Positions 60,065 through 64,000 of a stretch of DNA of 64,000 nucleotides are shown here, in pieces; the first letter of the stretch is position 1, and each line of letters begins with the position of its first letter. Position numbers and translations under genes: made by a program. The notes below the pieces were generated by a model. That model saw nothing but the letters and a program-made list of their open reading frames with translations. It did no database searches and was not told the DNA's origin. This stretch comes from Candidatus Eiseniibacteriota bacterium (GTDB taxonomy: Bacteria > Eisenbacteria > RBG-16-71-46), in contig JBGAML010000012.1 in NCBI GenBank assembly GCA_044223005.1, positions 64,001-128,000 of the forward strand, given 5' to 3'.

Positions 60065-60976
60065 CTAACGCCCCGAGCTTGAGAACCGCACGATCGCCAG
60101 TTCCTGAGCCCCCGAGGACGCAGTGAACACCACGACCGCATATCCTCGCTCGCATGACACTGCGCCCTCGCCGGGCTCATTGAACGGGGCGAATCGATAC
60201 GTGCGCTTCGCGCCACTCTTGCGTTCCACGATTTCAACGAAACCGTTTCCAATCGCATACAGCTCGCGCCCGCTTGAAGTCATTCTCACGTAGTTTCCGA
60301 TGAGCGCAGGCACCGGCGTAGGTGCTCCGAAGCTGCGTCCATCTTTCACGGCACGAGCAATCATGTAGTGATCGCCCTGGGAATCGGAGCGGCACAGCAG
60401 GAGTTCTCCGGTCTCCGGACTCCAGTCGATCGGGGTCACGACCTCGCCGATCTTCGGTTTGAGCGGTTCCCAGTTCCGCGTACCTGCGAGGTCGCCGACC
60501 CATACGCCGTCGTCCTGCTTCCAGCACACACGCTTTCCCGTCGCAGTCCACACTGGGTTGAATTGGTCGCGCCGGCTTGCGTAGATCTGGTGCGAGTCCA
60601 TGCCCTTCAGATCGACCACCCAAATCCCAAAAGTGCTTCTTTCGCCTCTTTGTCCATTGCTGTAGTAAAGAAGGTCTCGCCCATCCCTGCTCCACATGGG
60701 CCGGTGAGCCCCCAGGTTCGCCGTCACCAGCCGGGTGTGTTGCCGTCCAACCTCGTAGACACGGATTCCGTCGGCAGCTACGTACGCGATTGCGTCCCCA
60801 TCGCCGCTGATTGCTGGCTCTCCGCCGACGCCCACCTGCATCGTGTCAAGGCGGCTGCCGTCCCCAAGCCATCCGGCCCATCGCTCATTCGCGGATGCCG
60901 CACCCGTCGGCTCAACGGCCACACCGATCGTGCACAGCAAGGCGCCAACCGCCAACGCGCGACTCGACCTGCGCAT
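60065..60976 (-). CDS. Exported TolB/PD40-like beta-propeller protein, atypical codon usage
   Basis: GAGG RBS; signal peptide; PAISGDGDAIAYV, PMWSRDGRDLLY, PVWTATGK, DWSPETG. Confidence 0.72.
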   Translation of the reverse strand: MRRSSRALAVGALLCTIGVAVEPTGAASANERWAGWLGDGSRLDTMQVGVGGEPAISGDGDAIAYVAADGIRVYEVGRQHTRLVTANLGAHRPMWSRDGRDLLYYSNGQRGERSTFGIWVVDLKGMDSHQIYASRRDQFNPVWTATGKRVCWKQDDGVWVGDLAGTRNWEPLKPKIGEVVTPIDWSPETGELLLCRSDSQGDHYMIARAVKDGRSFGAPTPVPALIGNYVRMTSSGRELYAIGNGFVEIVERKSGAKRTYRFAPFNEPGEGAVSCERGYAVVVFTASSGAQELAIVRFSSSGR

Positions 60977-61163
60977 GTCCTCAACCTCCGCATTAGGGAA
61001 TGGAGGCTTCGCCTCCGACGCGGCGCGTCAGTGCCGTCCTCACAGATCCACGTGACAGCCGCGCCACTCGATACGCCAGCGTGGTTCGTTCTGTGCCGTC
61101 CCGGACTTCAGCAACCCCTCCCGCCAGATGCGAACCGTCACAGGTGAATCGTCTTCCCGGCAA

Positions 61164-61268
61164 CCTCAACACTAGCACCCGACTTGCCTCTGGCCGCCGT
61201 GCAGTTGTCATCCGTACGACGCACGTCCCTCGCGCCAGTCGCTCACCACTCAGCACCTCGACATTCCA
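61164..61268 (-). pseudogene. Decayed remnant of a FlgD-Ig/T9SS-like CTD
   Basis: WNVEVLSGERLARGTCVVRMTTARRPEASRVLVLR aligns by eye with WDARGESGARVAAGVYLVRLQAAGATATARMVVVR of the 20209 protein. Confidence 0.45.
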
Positions 61269-61349
61269 GGTGGAGCAGCGTGCGAGAGGCGCGGTTGGGG
61301 CCCGGCTAAGCCGGGATCGCAACACGCACCGTTGGCTCCAGCACACGCC

Positions 61350-62117
61350 TCACGGCTTCTCCGCGCACGTCGCCATGAACGGTGCGATCCGCTCGCCGAG
61401 CGGGTGCCCCGGCCAGCCGTCCTCGTAGAGCGCTCTCAGCCGGAAGCCTGCGTCCAGCTGGCCGCCGAGCTGGTCGTCGAGCGTGTGGCCGAACTCCAGC
61501 GGCTCACCCTTCGCGCGCATCTGCTCGATCCGCGCCGCGTCGCGCGCTTCGAGGTCGGAGTACGGCAGCCGGTGCGTCACGGTGAGATCGCCCCGCTCGA
61601 GAGCATCGCCGTCGAAGAGGAATAGGAACGGCTGGCAGAAGCCCGCAAGCAACCGGCCGCCGGGCTTCAGGACCCGGTAGCACTCGCGCCACACGGGGCG
61701 CACGTCGGGCACGAACAGGTTCGAGACCGGGTGGAAGACCAGGTCGAACGAGCCCTCGGCGAAGCGCGAGAGGTCGCGCATGTCACCCTCCTCGATCCGG
61801 AGCGCGAGCCCGTCGCGCTCGGCGACCGCGCGGTCCTGCGCGAGCTGCGCGGGCGAGAGATCGAGCAGCGTCACGCGCGCCCCCGCGGCCGCGAGCACGC
61901 ACGCCTGCTGGCCGCCGCCGGAGGCGAGCGCGAGCACTTCGGCGCCCTCCAGCGGCCCGAACCAGTCGCGCGGGACGGGCTTCGCGGGTGTCAGCACCAC
62001 CTGCCAGCGGCCAAGCCTTGCCTCGGCAACGACTTGCGGACTCACCGGCACGGTCCATGGGTTGCCGGAAGACACCTGCCTCCCCCACGCCTCGCGATTG
62101 AATTCCGTGATGTCCAT
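61350..62117 (-). CDS. Class I SAM-dependent methyltransferase
   Basis: VLALASGGGQQ, LLDLSPAQL, EGDMRDL, SFDLVFHPVSN, RVLKPGGRLL; GGAGG RBS. Confidence 0.92.
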   Translation of the reverse strand: MDITEFNREAWGRQVSSGNPWTVPVSPQVVAEARLGRWQVVLTPAKPVPRDWFGPLEGAEVLALASGGGQQACVLAAAGARVTLLDLSPAQLAQDRAVAERDGLALRIEEGDMRDLSRFAEGSFDLVFHPVSNLFVPDVRPVWRECYRVLKPGGRLLAGFCQPFLFLFDGDALERGDLTVTHRLPYSDLEARDAARIEQMRAKGEPLEFGHTLDDQLGGQLDAGFRLRALYEDGWPGHPLGERIAPFMATCAEKP

Positions 62118-62230
62118 GGACCCTCCAACGTGTTGTGCGAAAGGCGATTCGCCGAGATGGACAGGATTGTATACATGGTACTTCTGGCCCATACATCTAC
62201 GGCCGGAGAATCGGCAATACTCCAGCCGCT

Positions 62231-63208
62231 ATGACCTCCAACAATCCGGGAGCGCACACCCCTCCCAAGATGATCGCCATGGGCGGCAACTCCCTGCTGG
62301 ACCCCCAGCTCCCGCCCACGGTCGAGAACCAGTTCGCCGTCACCGCACGCGCCGTCGTCCCGATCGCCGCCCTGATCGCCCGCGGGGAGCACCTCGTGCT
62401 CACCCACGGCAACGGGCCGCAGGTCGGGTTCATGCAGCTGCGCGTGGAGATGACCAAGCCCAAGGTCCACGAAGTCCCGCTGGATTCGCTCGTCGCCGAC
62501 TCGCAGGGAGCGATCGGTTACATGATCCAGCGTGACCTGCGCCAGGAACTCGCGGCGCACGGCACCACCGCCGAGGTGGCGACCATCGTGACCGAGGTCG
62601 AGGTCGACCCCAAGGATCCCGCCTTCCAGAAGCCGACCAAGCCGATCGGCAAGTTCTACAGCATCGAGGAAGCCGACGCCCTCAAGAAGGAGCGCGGCTG
62701 GGACATGGTCGAGGACAGCAACCGCGGCTGGCGGCGCGTCGTGCCGTCGCCGCAGCCCATCTCGATCGTCCAGCTCGACACCATTCGCCGGCTCGTCACG
62801 CAGGGCGTCACGACCATCGCCGTCGGCGGTGGCGGCATCCCGGTCATGAAGGACGAGCAGGGCCGCATCCGCGGGCTCGAGGCCGTGATCGACAAGGACC
62901 GCGCGAGCGCGCTGCTCGCGGTCGCGCTGGGCGTGAAGCAGCTCTACATCACGACCGGCGTCGACGCGATCTACCGCGACTATCTCGACAAGGACAAGCG
63001 CACGCGGCTCGCCGAGGTCACGCCCTCCGACCTGAAGGCCATGGCCGCGAGCGGGCAGTTCCCGCCCGGCAGCATGGGCCCCAAGGTCGAGGCGGCGCTC
63101 TACTTCCTGGAACGCGGCGGCGAGGAAGCCGTCATCTGTCACCCCGAGGCGCTGCTCGAGGCATTCGAGGGCCGCGCCGGCACCCGCATCCGTAAGGAAA
63201 CGAAATGA
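62231..63208 (+). CDS. arcC: Carbamate kinase
   Basis: IAMGGNSL, THGNGPQVG, SQGAIGYMI, DPAFQKPTKPIG, RRVVPSP, GGGGIPV, EAVIDKD, GSMGPKV. Confidence 0.95.
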   Translation: MTSNNPGAHTPPKMIAMGGNSLLDPQLPPTVENQFAVTARAVVPIAALIARGEHLVLTHGNGPQVGFMQLRVEMTKPKVHEVPLDSLVADSQGAIGYMIQRDLRQELAAHGTTAEVATIVTEVEVDPKDPAFQKPTKPIGKFYSIEEADALKKERGWDMVEDSNRGWRRVVPSPQPISIVQLDTIRRLVTQGVTTIAVGGGGIPVMKDEQGRIRGLEAVIDKDRASALLAVALGVKQLYITTGVDAIYRDYLDKDKRTRLAEVTPSDLKAMAASGQFPPGSMGPKVEAALYFLERGGEEAVICHPEALLEAFEGRAGTRIRKETK

Positions 63209-64000
63209 AGACGCTCGCCCTTCCCGAACTCGACCGCAACGTGCTCCAGGGCCTCTTCGGCCGCAGCCTGCTGCTGACCAGCGAATGGTCGACGGCCGAG
63301 ATCGACGCCCTGCTCGCCGTCGCCTCGCGCTTCGAGGCGGCGGATCGCGCGGGCCGCTCGGCGGCGATGCTCCCGAACGAGCTGGCCTACGCGATGTTCT
63401 TCGACAACTCCACGCGCACCAAGTCGGCGTGGGCCGGCGCCGCTTCAAGGCTCGGCATGCGCCCCGTGATCGTGGACGGCTCCTCGACGCAGGTCGAGCA
63501 CGGCGAGACCGCCGAAGAGACCGGCGCGATGCTGGGCATGAACTCGCACGCGATGGGCGTGCGGCACGACCTGATCCTGGGCGCGGGCAACACGTTCATG
63601 CGCTCGGTGAAGAAGGGCATCGACGACTACCTCGCCGCGACGGGCGACACGCGGAAGGTGCCGGTCGTGAACCTGCAGTGCGACATCGACCACCCGACGC
63701 AGACGCTGGCCGACCTCATGTGGCTGCGCGAGAAGTTCCCGGGCGGCTTGAAGGGCCGCAAGATCGCGATGACGTGGGCGTACTCGCCCAGCTACGCCAA
63801 GCCGCTCTCGGTGCCGCAGGGCATCGCGATGCTCATGACCCGCGAGGGCGCCGAAGTCTCGCTGGCGTACCCGGAAGGCTACCGGCTGATGGACGACACG
63901 ATGGCCGTGGCCGAGAAGCACGCCAAGGCGTCGGGCGGCAAGTTCACGATCACGCACTCGATGGACGAGGCGTTCCAGGACGCCGACGCGGTCTACCCGA
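63205..64000 (+). CDS. ygeW: YgeW-like knotted carbamoyltransferase (3' truncated by window edge; absent from the ORF track)
   Basis: ATG overlaps arcC stop (ATGA); hand translation gives FFDNSTRTK, QVEHGET, VNLQCDIDHPTQ, WAYSPSYAKPLSVPQG, DADAVYP. Confidence 0.85.
   Translation, partial: MKTLALPELDRNVLQGLFGRSLLLTSEWSTAEIDALLAVASRFEAADRAGRSAAMLPNELAYAMFFDNSTRTKSAWAGAASRLGMRPVIVDGSSTQVEHGETAEETGAMLGMNSHAMGVRHDLILGAGNTFMRSVKKGIDDYLAATGDTRKVPVVNLQCDIDHPTQTLADLMWLREKFPGGLKGRKIAMTWAYSPSYAKPLSVPQGIAMLMTREGAEVSLAYPEGYRLMDDTMAVAEKHAKASGGKFTITHSMDEAFQDADAVYP

Noticed and set aside
60060..60085. attC-like core (GTTAGGT on the minus strand) at the end of the propeller gene
   Set aside because: No matching RYYYAAC inverse core at a suitable distance and no integron integrase in the window

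Overview
High-GC bacterial chromosomal DNA. I found no rRNA, tRNA, CRISPR array, integrase or transposase. Several secreted proteins carry FlgD-Ig/T9SS-like C-terminal domains, which suggests an FCB-group organism such as Ca. Eisenbacteria (inference). Contents in order: (1) an ECF sigma factor translationally coupled to a Ser/Thr kinase with a TolB-like propeller. (2) A ~20 kb beta-1,3-glucan (laminarin-type) utilisation locus (5.1-25.4 kb) with no SusC/SusD. It has two convergent operons, each headed by the same 25-bp operator-like palindrome, encoding a glycan-binding lipoprotein, a ROK repressor, a GH16, an Opp/Dpp-family ABC system split between the operons, a GH1 and a clan GH-A hydrolase fused to an apparent outer-membrane beta-barrel. 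Two CTD-bearing secreted proteins and a GH149 phosphorylase follow. (3) Secreted Ig/beta-helix proteins, a DUF2934 protein and an RND pump. (4) A kinase-AAA-TPR-GAF-sigma54 activator with a visible enhancer (UAS) plus sigma54 promoter ahead of a small secreted protein and a hybrid histidine kinase. (5) An arcE(arginine synthetase)-rocD-argF operon. (6) An FG-GAP/Ig surface protein and a papain-like peptidase. (7) Three PLP enzymes, a compositionally atypical islet bounded by a duplicated methyltransferase 3' end, and arcC-ygeW (truncated by the window edge). All functional calls come from motif recognition by eye; no database search was run. Many start sites were trimmed from the ORF track using RBS and stop/start overlap evidence.
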